From: a virus | Strand: one strand, 5' to 3' | DNA length: 64,000 bases | Virus record (IMG/VR): IMGVR_UViG_3300025466_000014 | Part shown: positions 19,200 through 28,191 of the stretch, one piece after another | Position numbering within the stretch: the stretch's first letter is position 1 | How the letters are laid out: every line of letters begins with the position of its first letter | The notes under the pieces: model-generated | The model's database searches: none | What the model saw: the letters and a program-made list of their open reading frames with translations, nothing else | Told to the model about the DNA's origin: nothing | Position numbers and translations under genes: made by a program

Positions 19200-19542
19200 C
19201 CCACCGGCCGCCGCAGCTTTTTTAGGATTCTCTGTAGACTTAGAAATTTGGGAAGGCACTAAGTTAGAAAGAACTAAAAAGCTTGAGCAAGTCTTTAACT
19301 ATTCTGGAGTAAACACCTACAAACAGACGTTTAGTCTTTTGCCTGGTGTGTCCAGAGTAATAACAGGCGCGTTAATGGCGTATCTAATTCTTACTGACAA
19401 TCCAGTTGACTTGCTAGTCAATGCCAACAGTGCAGGCGTAGTCAATGCTCTGCACTTTGCTGATTCGCCATGCCTAATGATAAAGCTGACTAACAATGGC
19501 ACAGACGAGGCCAGCGTAGTTGTGACTTATCTGTCTAACTAA
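19183..19542 (+). CDS. Small beta-rich protein, paralog 1 of 3 (likely structural)
   Basis: Shares T-x-x-P-[LV]...VN-x-L...D...TNNG pattern with the two downstream ORFs. Confidence 0.55.
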   Translation: MQIIPNPPAAAAFLGFSVDLEIWEGTKLERTKKLEQVFNYSGVNTYKQTFSLLPGVSRVITGALMAYLILTDNPVDLLVNANSAGVVNALHFADSPCLMIKLTNNGTDEASVVVTYLSN

Positions 19543-19553
19543 AGATTGAGATA

Positions 19554-19889
19554 ATGATGTTAAATTCACCTGGATCTAATCCTCCAAACTCTTTGCTAGT
19601 TTCCCTTAATACCGAAGTTAACGGCTTAAGAGGCTTATCAGGAAATGCAGCCTACGGTGGTGGGTCGTTTAATACTTTTAAAGTAACAATTGCGCCCGGC
19701 AAGAGCTTCACACCACCAATGGCAAGCGCGGTTGCCTTTGTTGCAGATACAGACGGACCGCTGCAAGTCACAGTAGGCAGTTTTGTCACTACAATTCAAA
19801 CTATCATGCTTAACGACTCAGGCGGTGTGCCTACGTTTACTAATAACGGCCTAGACTCTGTTAATCTAAAACTGTCTATTGTAGGTTGA
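19554..19889 (+). CDS. Small beta-rich protein, paralog 2 of 3
   Basis: TDGPLQVTV...TNNGLDSVNL, similar to its neighbours. Confidence 0.55.
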   Translation: MMLNSPGSNPPNSLLVSLNTEVNGLRGLSGNAAYGGGSFNTFKVTIAPGKSFTPPMASAVAFVADTDGPLQVTVGSFVTTIQTIMLNDSGGVPTFTNNGLDSVNLKLSIVG

Positions 19890-19893
19890 TTTT

Positions 19894-20244
19894 ATGAGTT
19901 TAATCATCAGCAACACGGCAATAGACAAGACTTTAACCTTTGGAACTAGAGCAAGCCTAGTCTCCAATCTTATTAAGCGGACAGCCGCTACAGGTACAAG
20001 CCTCTATCCTGCTGACAATGTATCTAGTCTAGACTTTACAATGGCACCTAACACCGTGTTCCCTTTAGAAGGGAATATGCTAGCGGTTGCGGTAGTAACG
20101 TCTCAACCGCTTACTGTAGTCATAGATAGCAGTGTAACCTATCAGGTAAATTCTCTGCTCATAACTGACACTGTAACTCAAAGTGTAATAATTTCGTCTG
20201 GCTCTGCTGGCGCTAAAGTAAACATTTTTTATGCCACCAATTAA
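19894..20244 (+). CDS. Small beta-rich protein, paralog 3 of 3
   Basis: TSQPLTVVIDS...VNSLLITDTVTQSVII, also matching the N-terminal domain of the 1700-aa fibre. Confidence 0.55.
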   Translation: MSLIISNTAIDKTLTFGTRASLVSNLIKRTAATGTSLYPADNVSSLDFTMAPNTVFPLEGNMLAVAVVTSQPLTVVIDSSVTYQVNSLLITDTVTQSVIISSGSAGAKVNIFYATN

Positions 20245-20548
20245 CTTTGAACAGTTTACAGGTAAAAAGATATCCTTAATTACCTCAATGGCTGCCACAC
20301 CTTCGCTGCGCAAGCAAAAGGCAAACGCAATAGAGATTCTAACCTATATAAGCCAGCTTAGTTCAACGATACAGGACATGCCAGATCATGATTCAGCAAT
20401 GAAGATTATCGACGAGGCATTATCAAAATTTGATAGCAATGTTATTTGCAAGGTATACGATCCTGTTTTACAAGAATTTTCTGATCTAAACGTCTCAGAC
20501 ACCGCAGTGCTAGTTCTTGATTACAAGATACCTATTGTGCATCATTGA
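20231..20548 (+). CDS. Hypothetical protein
   Basis: 105 aa ORF overlapping both neighbours. Confidence 0.5.
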   Translation: MPPINFEQFTGKKISLITSMAATPSLRKQKANAIEILTYISQLSSTIQDMPDHDSAMKIIDEALSKFDSNVICKVYDPVLQEFSDLNVSDTAVLVLDYKIPIVHH

Positions 20549-20589
20549 CTATTAGATTATTAGACAACCAAAAAACTATAAATAGTAGA

Positions 20590-21438
20590 ATGAAAACCAA
20601 GCCAAACACTTCTACTAAAGTACGCATCTTTGCAGTTGACGGTAACTTTTACCTTCACAGGATATTCCACACGCAGTACCAAACTCGCGATATGGCAAGC
20701 GCGATTGCTAACCGGTTTGTCGCAATAATCTGCAAAGATGCGCTGGCAGTTAAGGCAAAGAAGCTCATTGTTGCCTTTGACGGTAACAAAATCTTTAGGT
20801 ATGACGTCTACAAAGACTACAAGGCAAATAGAATAGAGAAGAAGGAAGCTAGCGGTAAAGAATCGCCTTACATTTATCTACCTAAAGTATTAGAGTTGCT
20901 TGCGGATTACGGTATACCTGTAATCCAAAAAGCAAAATATGAGGCTGACGACATTCTTTGCTCTATAGCAACGCAGTACGTTGACACCTACGAAATATTT
21001 GTAGGTTGTAGAGATAAAGATGCTTATCAGTACGTAAAGCCTGGCGTTAAGCTTTACGATAGCACTCACAAACCAAATCCACGCACACTAGAAACCGCTG
21101 ACATAGTTAAGGCCACAAACCTTAAACCGCGACAGTTCTTGTCCTATCAGTTGCTTTACGGCGATAAGATAGACAACATCCCAAAACTGATGAATCCCGC
21201 CTTTATAATAAAGGGTTTAAAAATTCACGGCAATCTAAAACAATGGAGATTAGCAGATAAAGACTTTGCAAAATTCTGGGATAAGAATTTATCTCAGTTA
21301 AAATTAAATGCAAAGCTTGTTCGACTGGTTAGCACTTTGGACGTTTCAGTACCTGAGGTAAAGTGGTCTAAGGACGACTTTTGCTCAGCTGCATACGTTG
21401 CATACGCAGCCTTTTGTAAGAGCAAAAGTTTGTTTTAA
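20590..21438 (+). CDS. 5'-3' exonuclease / flap endonuclease (PolA N-terminal domain or T4 RNase H-like)
   Basis: AVDGN, AFDG, FRYDVYKDYKANR, EADD, RDKD and GDKIDNIP acidic motifs. Confidence 0.9.
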   Translation: MKTKPNTSTKVRIFAVDGNFYLHRIFHTQYQTRDMASAIANRFVAIICKDALAVKAKKLIVAFDGNKIFRYDVYKDYKANRIEKKEASGKESPYIYLPKVLELLADYGIPVIQKAKYEADDILCSIATQYVDTYEIFVGCRDKDAYQYVKPGVKLYDSTHKPNPRTLETADIVKATNLKPRQFLSYQLLYGDKIDNIPKLMNPAFIIKGLKIHGNLKQWRLADKDFAKFWDKNLSQLKLNAKLVRLVSTLDVSVPEVKWSKDDFCSAAYVAYAAFCKSKSLF

Positions 21439-22088
21439 AGATTAACAGACAAAGCGGTTGCTGCTAATTGAGTGATAGCTTGCGTATCATCTAAGCCTAA
21501 CATTGCAGGGCCGTTAACCGTACGCCTAATAGCGACTACATCGCCATATTCAGAAGGGCTTACGTATTCACACCACCAGGTAATAGCTACCTTTAGGGAG
21601 CCGGCCCCTGGTGTTCTTGCTAAATCTGGATTGTTAACTAAATCTATACCAGCAATTCGACCAATCTTTGTAAATGCGCTACGGCCAGTAATCTGAGTAG
21701 GAGAAGAACCTCTGAAATTCCACCCATCTGTGGGAAGTGTATTTCCTAGGTTTTTCAAACCCCAGTCTCCGCCGTACACTAAGTTGGCTATTACCTGCTG
21801 ATTTGCACCATGCCCAAGCGTTCTTCCAAGCGTATTTGCTTGGTCTTGTGTAATGCGCTTACCAAAGGTACTTAGGAGGCCTTGAGGTGTATAATTGAGG
21901 TTTTCTGAGATGCTTTCTAGGTGACTAGACTCATGTAAGATTTCACCTAGAAACTCTGATATTTCTAGATCATGCGCAAACACGTCATCCGTCATTAGAA
22001 GTGCAAATGCTGGCGCCCAGATGTTAGCCGTTGTCGGGGTTACTCCGCAGGCTACCAGAATTGAATTCCAAGACAGCTCATTCCGCAT
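21435..22088 (-). CDS. Endolysin, glycoside hydrolase family 19 (chitinase-like)
   Basis: FLGEILHES...ENLNY, ANLVYGG...LGNT...DGWNFRG...QITGR..., RRTVNG. Confidence 0.85.
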   Translation of the reverse strand: MRNELSWNSILVACGVTPTTANIWAPAFALLMTDDVFAHDLEISEFLGEILHESSHLESISENLNYTPQGLLSTFGKRITQDQANTLGRTLGHGANQQVIANLVYGGDWGLKNLGNTLPTDGWNFRGSSPTQITGRSAFTKIGRIAGIDLVNNPDLARTPGAGSLKVAITWWCEYVSPSEYGDVVAIRRTVNGPAMLGLDDTQAITQLAATALSVNL

Positions 22089-22731
22089 TTTTTACTTCCG
22101 GAACTGCGGGGGTATTTTGATTAGCCTGCGCGTTAAACTCCTTAATGCACAGGTTCAAGTTCTCCGCTACTTTGTTGGCGTCGGCTGCGATTTGGATAAG
22201 AGGGATTGCAGTTCTTGCAGATAGTCTACATTGCTGGGTATTATTTGCCCAGAGAGTGGAGTAGGTTTGGGACAAGGGGTCTGAACTATTTGAGTCTCTA
22301 CTTTTGGTGCAGGTTCCTTCGTCAACAAAGACCCACAAGCCGTAGTCAGCAATGTCGAGGCCACTACCAATGACATTTGGATTTTTGGGATTAACGACTG
22401 CATTGACGATTTTATTTTGCTCATCTTGAATCCTTTTTAAGTTGTTAGCGTAATTAACTTCTGCACTATGAATTACCTGCTTAGTAGTAGCTTCAGCTAC
22501 GTCTACTCTAGCCTGCGCCTCTTTAAGAGCCTCTTCGGTTTTGCGATTTAGTTCCTCACGAGCAGCATCCCAGACATCACGTTCTTTTTGAAAGTCTTGA
22601 GCTTGCTTAGACATTAACTGCTCAGTCTTTGCTTTACCGTAATCAAAACCTGTGTAGGCTGCTAGGCTTAACAAAACAACTACAAGAAAAATGCGCAAAG
22701 GCACAAGGTAGGCACTTAAAGAACTAAACAT
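22078..22731 (-). CDS. Inner-membrane spanin (Rz-like)
   Basis: N-terminal TM segment followed by a coiled coil; directly upstream of the endolysin and contains an embedded lipoprotein ORF. Confidence 0.75.
   Translation of the reverse strand: MFSSLSAYLVPLRIFLVVVLLSLAAYTGFDYGKAKTEQLMSKQAQDFQKERDVWDAAREELNRKTEEALKEAQARVDVAEATTKQVIHSAEVNYANNLKRIQDEQNKIVNAVVNPKNPNVIGSGLDIADYGLWVFVDEGTCTKSRDSNSSDPLSQTYSTLWANNTQQCRLSARTAIPLIQIAADANKVAENLNLCIKEFNAQANQNTPAVPEVKNAE
22167..22424 (-). CDS. Outer-membrane spanin lipoprotein (Rz1-like), embedded in the i-spanin
   Basis: Alternate frame fully inside the Rz-like gene. Hydrophobic segment ending LLTTA|C (lipobox-like) followed by a Pro-rich linker. Confidence 0.7.
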   Translation of the reverse strand: MSKIKSSMQSLIPKIQMSLVVASTLLTTACGSLLTKEPAPKVETQIVQTPCPKPTPLSGQIIPSNVDYLQELQSLLSKSQPTPTK

Positions 22732-22754
22732 GGAATTTCCTTTTAAAAAGAATT

Positions 22755-22783
22755 AAGGGAGCTATCTAACAAATAGCTCCCTT
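22755..22783. terminator. Intrinsic terminator-like hairpin, possibly bidirectional
   Basis: AAGGGAGCTAT-ctaacaa-ATAGCTCCCTT is a perfect 11-bp stem with T/A tracts on both sides. Confidence 0.75.
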
Positions 22784-22787
22784 TTTA

Positions 22788-23087
22788 TTAAGCTGCCTTA
22801 GGTGTAACGTCAGTAACGACGTTTACGTTAGCAGCATCCGGCATAGGTTCAGCAGGTTGCACCTGGGCTGCTTGAGCTTGGGCAGCTTCAGCCTGAGCCT
22901 GCGCGGCCTGAGTGATAGCATTTGTTTGGCTAACAATGTTAACAAGCACTGGGTAAGTGTTTGTATTGTTAGCCTGCTGGTTAAGCACATCCACCAGTTT
23001 CTGAATGTCACCAAGAGTGAGATTCAAAGTAATAGGCATAAGCGTAGGGTCTTGCATTTGCGGTTGAGGTTGGTTAGTATCCGACAT
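22788..23087 (-). CDS. Hypothetical Q/A-rich protein
   Basis: 99 aa with AAGGA RBS, bounded by an upstream candidate promoter and a downstream hairpin. Confidence 0.6.
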   Translation of the reverse strand: MSDTNQPQPQMQDPTLMPITLNLTLGDIQKLVDVLNQQANNTNTYPVLVNIVSQTNAITQAAQAQAEAAQAQAAQVQPAEPMPDAANVNVVTDVTPKAA

Positions 23088-23139
23088 TTTATTTCCTTAA
23101 GGTTGTTAAATATTTAAGAGGCTTTGTAAGCCCCTTTCA

Positions 23140-23150
23140 TATTTACAGTT
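23140..23150 (-). promoter_or_regulatory. Candidate phage promoter motif AACTGTAAATA
   Basis: Intergenic. The same 11-mer occurs at 61492 (+) and a one-transition variant at 54092 (+). Confidence 0.45.
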
Positions 23151-23153
23151 TTT

Positions 23154-23708
23154 TTATTCTTCCCCTTTAAGGCCTAGAATGTCTTTAACTACCTTCTCTT
23201 CTTCCAAATGATTCTCCCTAGCATCCCTAATCTCTTGGCGCGCTTCTTCCCGTTCTGCACGTTCTTCCCTAGCAACCTCTTCATGCGCTTCTGCTTTTAT
23301 GCGGACTTTACGCTCCGCAGCAGTCTCTGCTATTGCTTCTTTTTCTACCTGATTCAACTCTTCTAAGTGTTTACTCTCAGAGTGCTGAAACTGATCTAGC
23401 AAAACGTGCTTACACTCTTCGCAGCATCTAGCTACAATGTTACGCAGTCTAATGATTTGGTCATTAAGTTGAATAATCTGCAATTGATACTGATTTGTCT
23501 TGTCTGCTAGATGTTTATTTTGTTTGGCTAATCTTTCGACTTCTTCGGCTAAGCCGTTTACAGTGGATCGCATTGCGTTGTAACCAGAGCCAGTGGCTGC
23601 ATCACCTTTCCAGGAAGTAATAATTTTTGATAATGTGTATGCCAGCCCGACGACACCAGCTACAAAGGTAGCCAATCCGCCGTATGTCTCTGGTAGAGGC
23701 GCATTCAT
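23154..23708 (-). CDS. Single-TM coiled-coil membrane protein, holin/lysis-associated candidate
   Basis: N-terminal TM (GLATFVAGVVGLAYTL), coiled coil and a highly charged C-terminus. Start at the ATGA overlap with the upstream gene. Confidence 0.5.
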   Translation of the reverse strand: MNAPLPETYGGLATFVAGVVGLAYTLSKIITSWKGDAATGSGYNAMRSTVNGLAEEVERLAKQNKHLADKTNQYQLQIIQLNDQIIRLRNIVARCCEECKHVLLDQFQHSESKHLEELNQVEKEAIAETAAERKVRIKAEAHEEVAREERAEREEARQEIRDARENHLEEEKVVKDILGLKGEE

Positions 23709-24127
23709 TTTTTTGTTTCTCCTAGAGAAAGAGCCATAAGCCAAATTTCAAATGCTAGGAGTACAATGCCTGTAGGTTCAAGTAAGGGTGGTCTAGCGGC
23801 TACGTAGGTAGACCACAAAATGACTCCACCTGTGTACTCCACACGTCTAACCCAAGTATGCTCCATTTGAAAAAATGGAGAGAAGATTCCTACAACCCCA
23901 GATGCTATAAAACATCCGGCCCACAAGAAAACACTTAAGGGAGAATCAACAAGGCAAAAGTTGCCTATGCTTTCTTTTAAGTTAGGCGAATTGGCTAGAC
24001 TTATCCCTACCAAAAGAGTATTTACACCTACCCAGAAACGAACCCAGGTCATATCGCCAAATAGCAACTCTTTTAGCCGCAAAGGTATGTAGGTTGCCCA
24101 CGCCTTTGCCTGAATCTGATATTGCAT
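23705..24127 (-). CDS. Multi-pass membrane protein, holin candidate
   Basis: About four hydrophobic helices in 140 aa, located in the lysis cassette. Confidence 0.5.
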   Translation of the reverse strand: MQYQIQAKAWATYIPLRLKELLFGDMTWVRFWVGVNTLLVGISLANSPNLKESIGNFCLVDSPLSVFLWAGCFIASGVVGIFSPFFQMEHTWVRRVEYTGGVILWSTYVAARPPLLEPTGIVLLAFEIWLMALSLGETKK

Positions 24128-24203
24128 TTTAAAACTCCAAAACGTTATTTACGTAATATAAAATTAAAAGATAGATTTTAAAAACGTTAATAGGTTAAAC
24201 AAG

Positions 24204-25460
24204 TTAATAAGTTGAAAAAGTGTTCATAACCGCAGTAGGTACAGTATTAGCCGCGTAAACTGTCAAGTCACTGTACGTTCTCGCAAGAGCATTCATTGCA
24301 GTATTTATTTCTGTGATTCTCTGCGCGTAGCTTGGTCCACTTGCGGGATTGAACATGCAAGTTATCAAAGTTGGGTAATTTACACCACCAACCGTTATAG
24401 GGTAAACTACAGGTCCACTAGAATCGCCGCCTGAAATATTACTTGACCAAACTGCGTAAGGTGCGTAAAACGGATCTGAGCTTACAATGTAGTTGTAGTT
24501 GCCATTGCCGTTTGCGTTAAGAACTCTGTGAGTGCATACCTTGCCGCTAGCATCGTTAGCCTTAAGGTTTACAGCTAATGCGTCACCTGTTAGCACGTCA
24601 CTTGGAATATAACTAGCAAAGTTTGTAGGCAAAACGTAGTAAGGATTGATTGAAGATGCTCCGCTTATCCACCTAAGGTAGACTACCGTTAAATCACTGC
24701 CAAGGTTAGATACGTCCACACACTCCGCAGACCATAAGACGTTATTAAGGTCAAGCCAGTAAAGTGTTGTACCGCTACCATTTACACCTTTGCTTGCAAC
24801 TAAACTTCCGGCCCAATGTGTTGCACAGACAGCATGACGTGGACTAATCAAATGCATCGGGTCTTGTTGCCCGGCAGCCGATGTACCTAGGTTAGGTGTG
24901 TAAAAACCTAAAGAGGTAGCAGCAAATACCCAAGCAGGAAAGGGCGCGTTGGTGTTTCTTTGGAAATTAGGATACGTACCTATGTAGTGATTAGCATTAG
25001 TTGCATTGTAAGTCTTACCAGAAATCCATCCTGCAATCTGCGTTGCCAGCATATACCTAAGAGACGTACTAACAAAGTTAGTTATGCGTTGAACACTAGC
25101 TGTTGGCAAAACGTGCTGAATAGGCTGCAAAACTTGTAAAGCCTCTTTATTATTTTTTACAAGAGTGACCGAAACACCGTCGCTTACCCAGGTTACATTT
25201 CCACTAGCGTCGACAGAGCTGATACCTGTAGTCAGGCTTGTAAAGGTGCACCCTGTTTGATTAGGAACAATCTTAAAGTTGGTATACTGGGAAACTCCAT
25301 TGTAGACGCTATAGGTATAATCTTTAGTGCTGCCTGCGCTGGAGTAGGCAGCAACTTGTACGGCTGTAGGTACAATGGTTGCGGTAATGTTCTCAAATAC
25401 ATTTAAACCACGTATCTTTTTTGCAGACGTGTTTGTGTTAAATTTTGCGTTTATAGTCAT
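24204..25460 (-). CDS. Ig-like (Big_2) + trypsin-like serine protease, copy A
   Basis: SSVDASGNVT Ig motif. HLISPRHAVCATHW (His), SDLTVVYL (Asp), GGDSSGP (Ser). Confidence 0.7.
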   Translation of the reverse strand: MTINAKFNTNTSAKKIRGLNVFENITATIVPTAVQVAAYSSAGSTKDYTYSVYNGVSQYTNFKIVPNQTGCTFTSLTTGISSVDASGNVTWVSDGVSVTLVKNNKEALQVLQPIQHVLPTASVQRITNFVSTSLRYMLATQIAGWISGKTYNATNANHYIGTYPNFQRNTNAPFPAWVFAATSLGFYTPNLGTSAAGQQDPMHLISPRHAVCATHWAGSLVASKGVNGSGTTLYWLDLNNVLWSAECVDVSNLGSDLTVVYLRWISGASSINPYYVLPTNFASYIPSDVLTGDALAVNLKANDASGKVCTHRVLNANGNGNYNYIVSSDPFYAPYAVWSSNISGGDSSGPVVYPITVGGVNYPTLITCMFNPASGPSYAQRITEINTAMNALARTYSDLTVYAANTVPTAVMNTFSTY

Positions 25461-25496
25461 ATCTTCCCTTTAATTCTGAAATAAGAAGATTAGATA

Positions 25497-28163
25497 TTAG
25501 GGACTTAAGATTATCGAGCCGTCTGCCGCCATTACGTTTTTAGCAGGGAGAGTTGACTGTCCCGGTGTAACATTAGTTAGAACAGCCGCTGCCCCAAAAA
25601 TAGCTCTCGATGTGGCATACGCATACGTATAGTAAGGTCCTACTAGGTTAGTAACAGTTAGCCCGCCGCCGCCATTGGTGCACAAAACGTAACCGCCGTT
25701 TGTTACGTAAAGTGATATGGCTATTAAACTAAAACCGAAATTAGGGCTAAACAACTGTATGCCTTTAATAATAAATTGCCTAATAACAGAGTTAGACAAA
25801 GAGCCAATTGTGGGGGCCAAGTTGTCTCCTGAATAACCTGAAAAATCTATAACAGTTCTATTGTCACCCTCACAATACATTGAGCATACCATAAACTCAC
25901 CACTAATATAAATCTGCGCAGGAGAGCTAGGAACATTCATCTGTACATAACCGTGAACTATAATGTCTGCTAAATAAACAAAATTATAATTTGCGTAGGT
26001 ACCTACAGTAATAGGAATGCTATTACCGTAAAAACCTACCTGATAAACACCTCCTACCGAGGACAAATCAAAATATCCAGTAATCCAAGAATTAAGTATT
26101 GACAAATTTCCATCCATTGGACCTGTAGGTAGCCAGGCACCACTGTTTGTAGGTATATGATAGTCGCAAGTTATAGTCCCTGCTGCCGAATTAACTGATC
26201 TAATTAATGTAACACCATTTAGGGCTGTCACATTGGTAGCTGCTGTAATACCAATCACACCAATAGGAATATTTACGCCTGTTCCGTTAAGTGCAATTAT
26301 TGAGTTTACTAAAGTTGTGCCTATTGTAAAAGTTATTGTACGCGTTGTATCCGTTGTACCCGATATAGTTGCAGCGGTAAAGGGAACTCCGCCTTCGTAA
26401 GTACCAAGAGCTCCTACCCATCCTGCGTTAACATCCTGCCAACCTTGAATTATTAACCAAGGAATGGCTTTTCCTGGTGTAGTACCTACATTGGGACCCT
26501 TAGCCAACTGAAGAGTAATTTCTACACCAGGCGCAGCTGAGCAATTAGCAAAAAATGTCAGAGCAGTAGCTAGACTGGTAAAATGCACACCGCACGTATA
26601 GGTAGCGTTAGCAAGTAAAATCCCAGGCGTGTTGTTTGCCGGCGTTGCAGTAATTACTGCCGGAACTAGGTAGGTAGGCGTTGCATAAAATGCCTTTGCC
26701 TGACCCGCAACACCAGTATACTGAACAATGGCTGCTATGTCTGTAGCAGACGCAAGTTCACCTGCGGCCCCTTGCAAAGAAAGTAGCCCGGTACTAGCAG
26801 TGCCTAAAAGGCCGGTACGCGGCACAATATTTACGACCAAATCGCCAGTAACTGGGTCAACTGCCATAATCTGTCCGTTAGGACCGTTAATAGCTGTAAC
26901 TGCCCCGCCGCCGTTAATTGTCGCAGTCAAGTTACCTACCCAGGCACTTCCGTTATTCTGGTAAACAGCGTAAGGTGCAGCAGACCCTACCAATGCAATT
27001 GCCCCGTTAGGAACAGTACCGACAGCTGGCAAGGCTGCCGTTGTTGCAAATGTTCCGACTAAGTTTTTAACAAAGTTTGTGTCTACATAGCTCTTGTTTA
27101 CCGCGTCTGTACCTACCAAAGGCGTACCTAGGTTGTTAACTAGGTTGCTACCCATGTTAAGGTTAGCCGCCTGTGTGCCTAGAGACGTGATGGCTGGCTG
27201 TGCGGCAGTGGTAACAGTACCTGCTGTTCCTGCTGTGGTGGCTGAATTGGCTAAAGTAGCCGTAGCTGCATTGCCCCCAATAGACAAATTAGCTACTGGT
27301 GTAGTTGAGGCGACTACAAATGGCGCTGTACCAGTAGCGACAGTTGAAGTAATCTGTCCGCTAGCAGATAGCGTGGTAAATGCGCCAGTACCTGTATGGT
27401 TACCAGTTAATGTTGTTGCGCTAACTGAGGTTAGTCCAGACAAAGCCGTAGTAGCAGCCGCGCCTAAGGTGATTGAAGAAGAACCTAAATTGATAACACT
27501 ACTTGTCAGGGCAGCAACAGGAATGCCGGTAAAGTTAGTACCTGTTAGAGTGGGTGATGTAGTAAACACCGGAACGGTACTTGTAGAGCCTACCAAAACA
27601 CCTGCAGCACCAGCAATAACGCTAGGTGCGCCTGCAGAGTTTGTGGTCAATACTCCGTAATTAGCGGTCGGAATAAAACCAGTTGTGTTAGCCCCTGTTT
27701 GATAGTGGATCTGATTTGCGGCTCCGCCTGCTACGTTAGTAGCTAAAGCCGCAGTTCCGCCTATAGACAAACTAGGTGCTGTTCCTGTAAGGCTAGCTCC
27801 TGAGCCTGCAAACGCTGCGGCAGTCATTGTACCAGAAATTGTAACGTTTGTTGGCAAGCTTAGAGTAGTTGCGCCTGAAACTGTAGACGCATTTATCTGA
27901 TTAGCCGTACCAGCAACAGACAGAATACCGGTGTTGGAAAGAGTCGTACCCGATATGCCTATACCTGCGCCTGGCGTGTAAGTCGGTCCGCCGCCCCCGC
28001 CGCCCCCACTTCCGCTAGATAGCAGAAGAGTCTCAACGCCAGTTGAGTTAAGGGAGTAAAAGTTGCCATCTGTTTTTGCGTAAAGCAAAATAGTACCAGC
28101 ATTAGGAACAGCATAAGGTGCGTTAGTACCTAGATAGAACTGAATGTCGGATGGGTAAATCAT
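25497..28163 (-). CDS. Fibre/appendage protein, copy A (YPSD N-terminal module)
   Basis: 888 aa: shared N-terminal module, T/A/G repeats, DAVNKSYVD fibre motif, beta-rich C-terminal head. Paralog of 45766-47835. Confidence 0.65.
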   Translation of the reverse strand: MIYPSDIQFYLGTNAPYAVPNAGTILLYAKTDGNFYSLNSTGVETLLLSSGSGGGGGGGPTYTPGAGIGISGTTLSNTGILSVAGTANQINASTVSGATTLSLPTNVTISGTMTAAAFAGSGASLTGTAPSLSIGGTAALATNVAGGAANQIHYQTGANTTGFIPTANYGVLTTNSAGAPSVIAGAAGVLVGSTSTVPVFTTSPTLTGTNFTGIPVAALTSSVINLGSSSITLGAAATTALSGLTSVSATTLTGNHTGTGAFTTLSASGQITSTVATGTAPFVVASTTPVANLSIGGNAATATLANSATTAGTAGTVTTAAQPAITSLGTQAANLNMGSNLVNNLGTPLVGTDAVNKSYVDTNFVKNLVGTFATTAALPAVGTVPNGAIALVGSAAPYAVYQNNGSAWVGNLTATINGGGAVTAINGPNGQIMAVDPVTGDLVVNIVPRTGLLGTASTGLLSLQGAAGELASATDIAAIVQYTGVAGQAKAFYATPTYLVPAVITATPANNTPGILLANATYTCGVHFTSLATALTFFANCSAAPGVEITLQLAKGPNVGTTPGKAIPWLIIQGWQDVNAGWVGALGTYEGGVPFTAATISGTTDTTRTITFTIGTTLVNSIIALNGTGVNIPIGVIGITAATNVTALNGVTLIRSVNSAAGTITCDYHIPTNSGAWLPTGPMDGNLSILNSWITGYFDLSSVGGVYQVGFYGNSIPITVGTYANYNFVYLADIIVHGYVQMNVPSSPAQIYISGEFMVCSMYCEGDNRTVIDFSGYSGDNLAPTIGSLSNSVIRQFIIKGIQLFSPNFGFSLIAISLYVTNGGYVLCTNGGGGLTVTNLVGPYYTYAYATSRAIFGAAAVLTNVTPGQSTLPAKNVMAADGSIILSP

Positions 28164-28191
28164 TTATATTCCTTTTGGTTAACCTAACCTT

